From contig JALEGH010000038.1 in the NCBI GenBank assembly GCA_022763065.1, positions 5,476-69,475 on the forward strand: a stretch of DNA of 64,000 nt, read 5' to 3'. Source of the DNA: Alphaproteobacteria bacterium. GTDB taxonomy: Bacteria > Pseudomonadota > Alphaproteobacteria > Micavibrionales > Micavibrionaceae. The notes beneath the pieces are model-generated. The model searched no databases. It was not told where the DNA came from and saw nothing but the letters and a program-made list of their open reading frames with translations. This document shows, in pieces, positions 1 to 7,094 of the stretch. Numbering within the stretch: position 1 is the first letter of the stretch; every line of letters begins with the position of its first letter. The translations under genes and the position numbers were made by a program.

Positions 1-1452
1 ATTGACAGGGATAAGTGTAATTCTTGAGCCTATGGGTAAATTATTGGCGCGGAATTGCAGGATAAAGCTGATCGGGTTTTTTTGTCCGGGCCACTGGGCA
101 GTAATCAATGGCAGCCCCTCAGGTGTTATGCCTGTGACTTGCGCAGGGATATGAGGCGCACTTCTTTGCGTGGTTACGGTAGGGCCAAACTGCGTCAAAG
201 ACGGAATGGGAGGAGGCGTTTGCTGCGTTCCTTGAGTGAGCGGGGTAATCGAGGGTTTGACGTTTGTATTAACCTGTACAATAAAAGCATCAAATTTTTG
301 GTTGAGAACGGGTGTAAAGTCTATACGCGGGACGATAGAGTTTTGCGTAGGTGTGAAAGTTATAGGGTTTCCCGGTGAATGAGAAGACGTAGGAATGGAA
401 GCAGGAATTTTTCCTCCTCTGATTTGGGAAATGATATTTTCAAATTTGTGGATCGGTGTGATTTGTTCCGGCGTAATAATTTGCGCGAGTGCGGTAGCGG
501 GTGGTAAAGCCTGCACAGTTTGTGAAGAAAGAGCTTTTAGAGGCGTCACAATGTTTTGTTCTGTGCTTAGTGAAAAGGTTTGTAAAATTTGTGTTTGAGG
601 TGTTTGCAGAACATTGTTAAGTGGTAAGGAAACAGGTGGGGAAGACGAAGAAATTTTGGGTAGAGTTGTTATATTTCCTAAGGTTTTTGATAACGTATGG
701 AACAGGTTTTTTAAATTTTGCTGTGATGTCAGGGTAATGGTTTGTGCCTGACCCGGATTAATTTGAATGGCGCGTACTAAGTTTCCATTTTGCAAAGGGC
801 GCTCTACGGGCTGGGTTTTTAACGCCTGTGACCTTAGATTTTCAAGGATATCGGAAGAGCTTCTGACCAGAGTTTCAGACAGGACTTTGGTATTGTGCTG
901 TACCAGATTTTCCGGTGAAGGGAGAACGGATTTTGGAACGGTATTGGCAGAAGGTTGGGTAGGGCCTTGCGCCGAAGCTTGTGTAAGAGGTGCGGCATTT
1001 TGAGCAGGCTGAGATGTTGTGTTTTGTGTTTGGGGCACAGACGTCGACTTAACCGCAGGTGTAGACACAGTTTGTCTGGCTTGTGCCGGGTCTGGGGTGG
1101 TAGAGGGTTGAACCTTGATCGTAGCTTGAGTTATTTGAGGGGCGGACGTTTTAGCGGAATTTTGTCGGGGAGGCGGAATATCAATGTCGACCTTTTGACC
1201 TGTTTGGGGGAGCGGCTTACCTTTGATCTGAACCTGAATGTCGCCTTGCGGTGTGGCGATGCGTGCCTGTCCATTTGCCTTGACGTCGGTAAATTGACCT
1301 TCCAGCCGAATAGTTTTCGCGGATTTTAGAGCGCTATTTTGTAAGCCTTGTGGTAGTTGGATAATTTGAACAAGCTGTCTTGCGCCGCTCCGTTGCCCCG
1401 AAGAGGAGATTTTAGATTGTGCTGGGATATGTCCAAAACCAGATCCGTCCAT
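1..1452 (-). CDS. hypothetical Gln/Thr/Pro-rich protein, N-terminal 484 codons only (continues past the window edge)
   Basis: Hand translation of the minus strand from the ATG at 1452..1450 (MDGSGFGHIPAQSK...) stays open for 484 codons to position 1 (...SRITLIPVN). The Arg-rich + strand ORFs at 55-1329 are its antisense shadows. It lies directly downstream of flhG. Confidence 0.7.
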   Translation of the reverse strand, partial: MDGSGFGHIPAQSKISSSGQRSGARQLVQIIQLPQGLQNSALKSAKTIRLEGQFTDVKANGQARIATPQGDIQVQIKGKPLPQTGQKVDIDIPPPRQNSAKTSAPQITQATIKVQPSTTPDPAQARQTVSTPAVKSTSVPQTQNTTSQPAQNAAPLTQASAQGPTQPSANTVPKSVLPSPENLVQHNTKVLSETLVRSSSDILENLRSQALKTQPVERPLQNGNLVRAIQINPGQAQTITLTSQQNLKNLFHTLSKTLGNITTLPKISSSSPPVSLPLNNVLQTPQTQILQTFSLSTEQNIVTPLKALSSQTVQALPPATALAQIITPEQITPIHKFENIISQIRGGKIPASIPTSSHSPGNPITFTPTQNSIVPRIDFTPVLNQKFDAFIVQVNTNVKPSITPLTQGTQQTPPPIPSLTQFGPTVTTQRSAPHIPAQVTGITPEGLPLITAQWPGQKNPISFILQFRANNLPIGSRITLIPVN

Positions 1453-1514
1453 CCCCTCAATTATGACACAAAGAGGTTAAAGTAAGCAGAATAAAATATA
1501 AATTATGTTTTAAG

Positions 1515-2363
1515 TCAGGACGCGGCCGAGGCTTTTGTTTGCGCAGATTTCTTTGCCAAGTCCTTGATCACGAATTTGGCGATTTTTTCAACATCCTCCG
1601 AGGCTTCCGCATTAGGGGAGCGCATGAGGATCGGCGACTGGTGGCGAATGGAATCCTTAACGCGGGGGTCATGGCGGACCATACCGATCAAAGGGGGGGT
1701 CAGTCGCAAGAAATTTTCGCAGGCTTTCAAAAGAGTTTTGTAAGTTTTCTGTCCTTCGCTGGAGTTGCTGGCCTGATTAACCACAACGCCAACATTTTTG
1801 GACGTACCGGCGGCACTTCCCAATTTTATGAAAGCATAAGCATCGGTCAGAGACGTTGGCTCATCCGTTGTGACAAGCAGCGTACGGATGGCAGAGGCCG
1901 AAAGCATACGTACAATTCGGTCTACACCAGCGCCAAGGTCCAAAATCACAACGTCGTATTCATGTGCAACTTCAATCAATTGATCCCGCAGCATGGTGAG
2001 GCGTTGCGCAGGAAGGGCGGATAAAGATGCCTGACCGGAGCGCCCGGCAATAATGTCAAAGCCGCCATCTGCAAAAGGCTGAATCACTTTACGCAGGCCC
2101 AAACGGCCCCGTATCACATCATTCAGGTCACGTTTGGGCATGAGACCCAGTTGCACATCGACATTGGCAAGGCCCAAATCCCCATCAAAGAGCAGAACTT
2201 TTTTACCTGAATTGGCCAGCGCATGTGACAGCGTGATCGAAAACCATGTCTTGCCAACACCGCCCTTACCACTGGCTACAGCGATAATATTTGTCCCCTT
2301 CGGAGGGGAGGGAGGCGTTGTTTTCTTTGTTTGCTCTGTTTTATCAGCTAGTGCTTCTGACAT
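1515..2363 (-). CDS. flhG: MinD/ParA-family ATPase FlhG (FleN), flagellar number regulator
   Basis: Deviant Walker A motif SGKGGVGKT, MinD-like layout, located immediately downstream of flhF. Confidence 0.85.
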   Translation of the reverse strand: MSEALADKTEQTKKTTPPSPPKGTNIIAVASGKGGVGKTWFSITLSHALANSGKKVLLFDGDLGLANVDVQLGLMPKRDLNDVIRGRLGLRKVIQPFADGGFDIIAGRSGQASLSALPAQRLTMLRDQLIEVAHEYDVVILDLGAGVDRIVRMLSASAIRTLLVTTDEPTSLTDAYAFIKLGSAAGTSKNVGVVVNQASNSSEGQKTYKTLLKACENFLRLTPPLIGMVRHDPRVKDSIRHQSPILMRSPNAEASEDVEKIAKFVIKDLAKKSAQTKASAAS

Positions 2364-2381
2364 AGTGTGATCCTGTTTCTC

Positions 2382-3527
2382 TTATCCCGTCGCCTGAGTG
2401 ATAGATTTGATAAATTCCGGCACCGCAAGAGAATCATCTGACTTCCCTTCCATTATAGGGGAGGTCGTGCGTCTTTGTGAATCCTTTATTTGGGATTTAT
2501 CCATGCTTGCCTTTTCTGCTTCCTTCACTTTTTGTGCTGCAGCCATATTGGCGCGCGGCATCAAAAGCTGAGTTAGTCTTTTGGCATCAAGGGGAGACAG
2601 ACCGCCTGCGACTTTGGCGCTGGTGCCGATATCCGTGAGGGTCATATTGCCATAGTGTGCAGCAGATAGCAGACTTCCCAAACGTCTTGCAACATCAATG
2701 CGGGTGGAAAGGAGCTTCTTGGCCCCAAGGGAGGCAAAAATTCGGGCAATATCTCCGGCTTCACCCGCATCATATCCGGTTGGCATAACGAGAATCGGCT
2801 CTATCGTGCCAGCGCTGATGAAACGGGCCAACTGTTTGATGTGATCGGAGTCGAAAGGGTTGGCTCCGGCAGTATCAATGATAATTTGATCGGAATCTAA
2901 AATTTCCGGGCTGTCCAACAGAGTTTTCAGATTTTGAGGTGTGGCAGCCAGATGAAGCTCCGTTTCCATGAGATTTGTAAAAGCCTCAAGCTGTTCCTGA
3001 CCACCGGCGCGCTGTGTATCTGTGGTGATAACACTCACATTTAGGCCGCTCATCACACTGCGTGCGGCCACTTTGGCAACGGCGAGTGTCTTTCCCGCAC
3101 CCGGAGGCCCTACCATGATAAGCGGCTTTTTCTCCGGCGCTGTTGGAAGATTTGCAAATTTGAACAAATTCTCAATCGTGGATAGAAGCGCCAATCTTGG
3201 CTCCGTATGGTCCATCACACTCGCGTAAGAAATTACCTGATCCAGAATGTCTTCCGGTACACCGTGACCCAGTAAATTGTCAGTCAGGAACTCCACCACT
3301 TGCGCTTCATCGCTGTCATCCTCGTAGAGCCAGCTTTCTGAGGCGTCACCCTGCGCGATATCAGAAGCCGTGTCTTTTTCTATGGCTGCCGTCAGTTGCA
3401 CCTGCGTCTTGCCATTGGCGCCCTTTTCCTCACGGGTGGCGACAATAATGGCCTCCTCCCCCAATGCGTCACGAACCATATCCATGGCCTGCCTCATTGT
3501 ATCTGCTGTGAACGACTTAAGCCGCAT
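2382..3527 (-). CDS. flhF: flagellar biosynthesis SRP-type GTPase FlhF
   Basis: GPPGAGKT P-loop, DTAG motif, and a TRID-type G4-like motif. The pairing with flhG supports the call. Confidence 0.85.
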   Translation of the reverse strand: MRLKSFTADTMRQAMDMVRDALGEEAIIVATREEKGANGKTQVQLTAAIEKDTASDIAQGDASESWLYEDDSDEAQVVEFLTDNLLGHGVPEDILDQVISYASVMDHTEPRLALLSTIENLFKFANLPTAPEKKPLIMVGPPGAGKTLAVAKVAARSVMSGLNVSVITTDTQRAGGQEQLEAFTNLMETELHLAATPQNLKTLLDSPEILDSDQIIIDTAGANPFDSDHIKQLARFISAGTIEPILVMPTGYDAGEAGDIARIFASLGAKKLLSTRIDVARRLGSLLSAAHYGNMTLTDIGTSAKVAGGLSPLDAKRLTQLLMPRANMAAAQKVKEAEKASMDKSQIKDSQRRTTSPIMEGKSDDSLAVPEFIKSITQATG

Positions 3528-3652
3528 GTATTTTCGAATCGTTTCATTATGGATTTATTATAGGATGCAAAGAATCCTCAGATAAATACATTATGGCGTA
3601 TCTTCCCCCTTTATGTCCACAGCTTGGGGATAAGTTTACGTGCGAAAATAGC

Positions 3653-3681
3653 TTGACTTTTGAATATAAAAGGATTATATT
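3653..3681 (+). promoter_or_regulatory. near-consensus sigma-70 promoter (TTGACT-N17-TATATT) upstream of the island-1 effector gene
   Basis: TTGACT at 3653-3658, a 17-nt spacer, and TATATT at 3676-3681. The -10 sits inside an AGGATTATATTCCT box that recurs upstream of the island-2 effector. Confidence 0.55.
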
Positions 3682-3695
3682 CCTATTTAAATATA

Positions 3696-3750
3696 AAACC
3701 GCTTTTGCGCTCCTGAAAAATCAGGGATCTCGCGCTAAAGCGGTTTTTTT
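3696..3750 (+). terminator. terminator-like leader hairpin plus T7 run between the promoter and the effector start codon (attenuator or short RNA candidate)
   Basis: AAAACCGCTTT (3696-3705) pairs with AAAGCGGTTTT (3738-3748). Inner pairs are GCGC/GCGC and TCCTGA/TCAGGGA. TTTTTTT follows at 3744-3750, and the ATG is at 3779. Confidence 0.5.
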
Positions 3751-3778
3751 GTGAAGAAAAAGAGCGGAGCGCGGCGTT

Positions 3779-4711
3779 ATGAGCGTAGAAATTGAACAGA
3801 GCATAAACCTGCAAAAGCAGGCCAACGTTAAAACGAGCGCCAAAACGGGGGCAAAAACCGGCATAAAATCCGGAGCAAAAGAGGCAGCGCGCGATGTCCG
3901 GGCGGTAAAAACCGCACTCAATAAGCTGGGATTTTATCACCCCGTAAAGGGGCGGGGCGTGACAGGAGATATAGGGCCAGATTTTTTAAAAGCCGTGCAA
4001 AATTTTCAACGCGCGCATTTCATTCCCGTGCGGAAGAGTTTGGTTCCTGGTGATATAACGATGGAGCGTTTAAACGCGGAGCTGGATAACCCCGTCAATT
4101 TTCAGCTTTTCAAAAGCAAATATATCTGGCGCACAGTAGGGGATGGAAATGTCCGCCACACACATTCCGCGCGGGAGGGACGGACTTTCTCATGGGACAC
4201 TCCACCCGAAGGCGGCCATCCGGGCGAAGATTTTGGCTGCCGTTGCTGGGCAGAGCCCATCGTGCCCTTCACACCCAAAGGGTTGAATAATTCACAAACC
4301 GACCTCTTTGATAAAAGCATTCCATTAGACGCGATTGAAAGTTCCGCCAGTCCGTTGGACTTTCTGGGCGGTGGTGTTGCGCTTCTTCAGGGAGGAAAAA
4401 TACGAATTGGTCAAAGTACTTTCGATATATTAAAAAATATTTTTAAGGGAAATATAAAATTAACAGGAGCGCAAACAAAAAATTTGGTACGTTTTACTAA
4501 GAAAGTACCGGCGAATGCTAAACAATCTATCGAAGTTGTTCAGTCCAAGAGAGGTAATATAACGTTCAAGGCTACTTCTCCCGGGAAAATATTTGGATCA
4601 AGGGCTGTCTATGAAAAAACGGTTGATGCAAAAGGGAATACGATAAAATATATAAAAACAACATACGATTCTAAAGGGAAGATTATTCATATAAAAAACA
4701 AATTGAAGTAG
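3779..4711 (+). CDS. polymorphic-toxin-like protein with a disordered N-terminus, a PG_binding_1-like domain, a phage MuF (SPP1 gp7) core motif, a conserved linker and a variable C-terminal domain
   Basis: aa 38-100 (VRAVKTALNKLGFY...AVQNFQRAHF...PGDITMERL) resemble a peptidoglycan-binding domain. aa 115-160 (YIWRTVGDGNVRHTHSAREGRTFSWDTPPEGGHPGEDFGCRCWAEP) match the MuF signature D-x-x-VR-x-x-H...G...P...CRC. The DNA for aa 140-200 is repeated downstream. The C-terminal ~110 aa are A+T-rich and unique. There is no Sec signal peptide. Confidence 0.75.
   Translation: MSVEIEQSINLQKQANVKTSAKTGAKTGIKSGAKEAARDVRAVKTALNKLGFYHPVKGRGVTGDIGPDFLKAVQNFQRAHFIPVRKSLVPGDITMERLNAELDNPVNFQLFKSKYIWRTVGDGNVRHTHSAREGRTFSWDTPPEGGHPGEDFGCRCWAEPIVPFTPKGLNNSQTDLFDKSIPLDAIESSASPLDFLGGGVALLQGGKIRIGQSTFDILKNIFKGNIKLTGAQTKNLVRFTKKVPANAKQSIEVVQSKRGNITFKATSPGKIFGSRAVYEKTVDAKGNTIKYIKTTYDSKGKIIHIKNKLK
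4196..4378 (+). repeat. homology arm copy A (coding, aa 140-200 of the effector)
   Basis: gacactccacccgaaggcggccatccgggcgaagatttt...gacgcgattgaa recurs at 6101-6246. Its 3' part (4301-4378) recurs at 7003-7080. Confidence 0.85.
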
Positions 4712-4715
4712 GAAA

Positions 4716-5075
4716 ATGACGATGCTTAAAGATGAAAAACGAAAAAAGATGCTTGGAAATTTTATTAATTTTGAAGGTGATTTGCAGCAGATTTCGAAAC
4801 AAATATTAGAGCATGGATGGGATTATGAAGGGGATCCTGTCATCATTACAAAAGAAAATGTTAGAAATGTTTTGCAAAATTACATTGAAGGTAAAATAAC
4901 GTCTGAAGATGTTCAGAAATGGGCTGATTTTTTGGAAGTGCGTGAAGATGTTGATTATTTTGAGCATGACGAAGATGTTCTATCTCAAATTATTCATGAG
5001 TTGGCAAATCCTGATATCGAGGGCGTGTTGTCTTTAGATAGAGCGAAGAATGTATTGAAAAGTAAAACGATCTGA
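4716..5075 (+). CDS. candidate cognate immunity protein (small acidic cytoplasmic protein)
   Basis: 119 aa. It starts 5 nt after the effector stop with AGGAAA upstream, is acidic, and has no signal peptide or TM segment. The assignment is from position only. Confidence 0.5.
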   Translation: MTMLKDEKRKKMLGNFINFEGDLQQISKQILEHGWDYEGDPVIITKENVRNVLQNYIEGKITSEDVQKWADFLEVREDVDYFEHDEDVLSQIIHELANPDIEGVLSLDRAKNVLKSKTI

Positions 5076-5091
5076 GGAAAAAGATTAAAAG

Positions 5092-5292
5092 ATGAATAAT
5101 ATAATACACAAAAAAGGTAACACGGTACGTGCATCAATAGAGTTTGAAAAAGATATAGGATACTACTTGTATATTTTTGATCCAAATTCAAAAGAGATCA
5201 CTCATGATTTTATCGAAGATACATTAGAAAATGCCAAGCAAAAAGCAAAAGAAGATTTTGGATTAGAGATTGAAGAATGGATTGAAAATTAA
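5092..5292 (+). CDS. small acidic hypothetical protein (possible second or orphan immunity gene)
   Basis: 66-aa ORF in the same orientation as its neighbours, A+T-rich like them. No motif recognised. Confidence 0.35.
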   Translation: MNNIIHKKGNTVRASIEFEKDIGYYLYIFDPNSKEITHDFIEDTLENAKQKAKEDFGLEIEEWIEN

Positions 5293-5399
5293 AACAGTTC
5301 TTTTGATATAGTGGTGTTGCCATTGTTCAGGGCGGGCGCGTCCTTATCGGTTCATTTGCTTCAGGCACCAGCAGCAAGTTAATTTTTCAACAAACCCGC

Positions 5400-5765
5400 G
5401 TGATAACAGGACGCGCAGCCGCTTTATTGACCAGCCGTTTCCGCAGTACGAAGTGGCTTGATGATACGCCGAGGCGTCAAATTCAGCGTAAGTTTATTCA
5501 TGCTAGAGCTTTAGGTGTTAAAGGCAATCAAAATAATAAAAATTTAAAGAAATTCAGACAAGCGCTCAAAGACCATGTAAAATCCAAAGATACTATTGTG
5601 ATTAAGGGGAGTTATCATAGACAGCCTACGACACACTATTATAACACAAAGACAAAAATTAATGTCATGAAAGATTCTGAAGGTAAGCTACGGTCTGCTT
5701 GGGAATTAACAGATGGGCAAGTAGAAAATATTTTAAGGAGTGGAAATTTAGGAGGCAGTAAATGA
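5400..5765 (+). CDS. orphan colicin-D-like tRNase toxin C-terminal module (no delivery domain)
   Basis: AALLTSRFRSTKW...RKFIHA...VIKGSYHRQPTTHYYNTKTKINVMKDSEGKLRSAWEL fits my recollection of the colicin D nuclease domain (K-x-x-H, G-[TS]-Y-[RH], HYYN-x-x-T, S-x-W). The ORF starts at a GTG. In-frame homology to the linker of cassette 3 extends upstream to a stop at 5304-5306. Confidence 0.6.
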   Translation: MITGRAAALLTSRFRSTKWLDDTPRRQIQRKFIHARALGVKGNQNNKNLKKFRQALKDHVKSKDTIVIKGSYHRQPTTHYYNTKTKINVMKDSEGKLRSAWELTDGQVENILRSGNLGGSK

Positions 5766-6088
5766 TAGATGACCCACACGATTATATTCCTTTAATTGAA
5801 GGTTTTTTAGAAAAAAAAATACCACCTAAAGATTTCCAACTAAAATTTTTTGAAAAAATTGGAACAGATAGATACTTGTATAAAAATAACGAAGACTATT
5901 TTGAACTTATAGACAGCCTTTGCTACTACGTCGATGCTTATGTGGACGAAGACGTTTTTACGCGTATAGATGGCCGATTATTTGATATAGAAGGTGAGCC
6001 GGTTGAGCCAGATGAACATGATCTGGACGAAGACCAGTTGCGTGAAGTTGTCACAAAAATATATAACGAAATTAAAGCATTAAAATAA
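5762..6088 (+). CDS. colicin-D-immunity-like (ImmD family) protein
   Basis: 108 aa. The N-terminal LIEGFLEKKIPPKDFQLKFF and the acidic middle are typical of ImmD-like immunity proteins. Its ATG overlaps the toxin stop (ATGA). It is paralogous to 6735..7001. Confidence 0.6.
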   Translation: MIDDPHDYIPLIEGFLEKKIPPKDFQLKFFEKIGTDRYLYKNNEDYFELIDSLCYYVDAYVDEDVFTRIDGRLFDIEGEPVEPDEHDLDEDQLREVVTKIYNEIKALK

Positions 6089-6098
6089 TTTTCCCCGT

Positions 6099-6246
6099 GA
6101 GACACTCCACCCGAAGGCGGCCATCCGGGCGAAGATTTCGGCTGTCGTTGTTGGGCGGAGCCTATCGTTCCCTTCACACCCAAAGGGTTGAATGTTTCAC
6201 AAACCGATCTTTTTGATAAAAGCACTCCACTAGACGCGATTGAACA
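6099..6246 (+). repeat. homology arm copy B
   Basis: Near-identical by eye to 4196-4343, encoding DTPPEGGHPGEDFGCRCWAEPIVPFTPKGLNVSQTDLFDKSTPLDAIE. It begins directly after the stop of the preceding immunity gene. Confidence 0.85.
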
Positions 6247-6721
6247 GGCAGTGAGTCCATTGGATGTGATTGGAGGAAGCATTACGATTATTCGGGGTGG
6301 CGCTGTTCTCACTGGTCAATATATTGTTGGTAATGGCGGTAAGCTTGTTTAAAAACAAGCTTCTCGTTTCACTGACCAAACAGCCGCACTTCTTACCAGC
6401 CGTTTCCGAGACACAAAATGGATTGATAAAGTACCTAAAAAGAGACTAAACAAAAAATTTGATAAACACGCCGGAATTTTTAATATAAAAGGAAACCGGA
6501 ACAACAAAACTCTTGGAGAATTTACAAAGGCTATTGAGAGGCATGTTAAATCGCCAGACACGATAGTGATCAAAGGAACATACCGCCGACAGCCCGCAAC
6601 GCATTACTATAATCCTAAAACAGGAATTAATCTGATGCGCGATGGTCAAGGAAATTTCTGGTCAGCGTGGAAATTGGGACAAGAACAAGCAAAAAATATA
6701 TTAAAAAGAGGAAGTTTATAA
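6101..6721 (+). pseudogene. silent orphan cassette: homology arm, linker, in-frame TAA, then a colicin-D-like toxin domain
   Basis: There is no start codon, since a TGA sits at 6098-6100 immediately upstream in frame. An in-frame TAA lies at 6350-6352. After it the frame reads KQASRFTDQTAALLTSRFRDTKWIDKVPKKRLNKKFDKHAGIFNIKGN...VIKGTYRRQPATHYYNPKTGINLMRDGQGNFWSAWKL, which is homologous to 5400..5765. The terminal stop is at 6719-6721. Confidence 0.7.
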
Positions 6722-6734
6722 TAAGGGGAACGAA

Positions 6735-7001
6735 ATGGATTTACGCGGCTACGATATATTGATTGAAAGCTTTTTGGAAAAAAAGATTACAGTTGAGGAG
6801 TTTGAAAGAACCTATTTGGATAAGTTTGTAGAGGAAGATATACTGGGTGATGATCTTTATCAGCCCCTTCAATGGCTTTTTTCTGAAGTGGATGAATACA
6901 CCTCGCCAGAGTTTTATCCTTTGGAAGAAGGCGATGTTGATGAAGCGCAACTTCGTAAAACTGCGGCAGAAATTCTGGAACAAATCCGCGCGTTGAAGTA
7001 A
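6735..7001 (+). CDS. colicin-D-immunity-like (ImmD family) protein
   Basis: 88 aa, with LIESFLEKKITVEEFERTYLDKF and a C-terminal ...EILEQIRALK. Paralog of 5762..6088. AAGGGGAA lies upstream of the ATG. Confidence 0.6.
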   Translation: MDLRGYDILIESFLEKKITVEEFERTYLDKFVEEDILGDDLYQPLQWLFSEVDEYTSPEFYPLEEGDVDEAQLRKTAAEILEQIRALK

Positions 7002-7002
7002 C

Positions 7003-7094
7003 TCTCTTTTTGATGAAGACATTCCACTAGATGCGATTGAAAGTTCTGCCAGTCCGTTGGACTTTCTGGGCGGCGGTGTTACTTTTCTCTCTTA
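7003..7094 (+). repeat. homology arm copy C, a truncated remnant at the right island border
   Basis: ctctttttgatgaagacattccactagatgcgattgaaagttctgccagtccgttggactttctgggcggcggtgtt matches 4301-4378. It reads LFDEDIPLDAIESSASPLDFLGGGVTFLS then a stop, with no toxin domain following. Confidence 0.8.

Noticed and set aside
55-1329. Four + strand ORFs (107, 67, 78 and 124 aa) with Arg/Cys/Leu-rich products
   Set aside because: They are antisense shadows of a continuous 484-codon minus-strand frame, which I translated by hand. Their composition is non-protein-like.
3779-7094. Possibility that the MuF-domain gene marks a prophage
   Set aside because: No terminase, portal, capsid, tail, integrase or repressor-like genes occur on either side, and the flanks are flagellar genes. 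Only the ~50-aa MuF core motif is present, fused to other domains.
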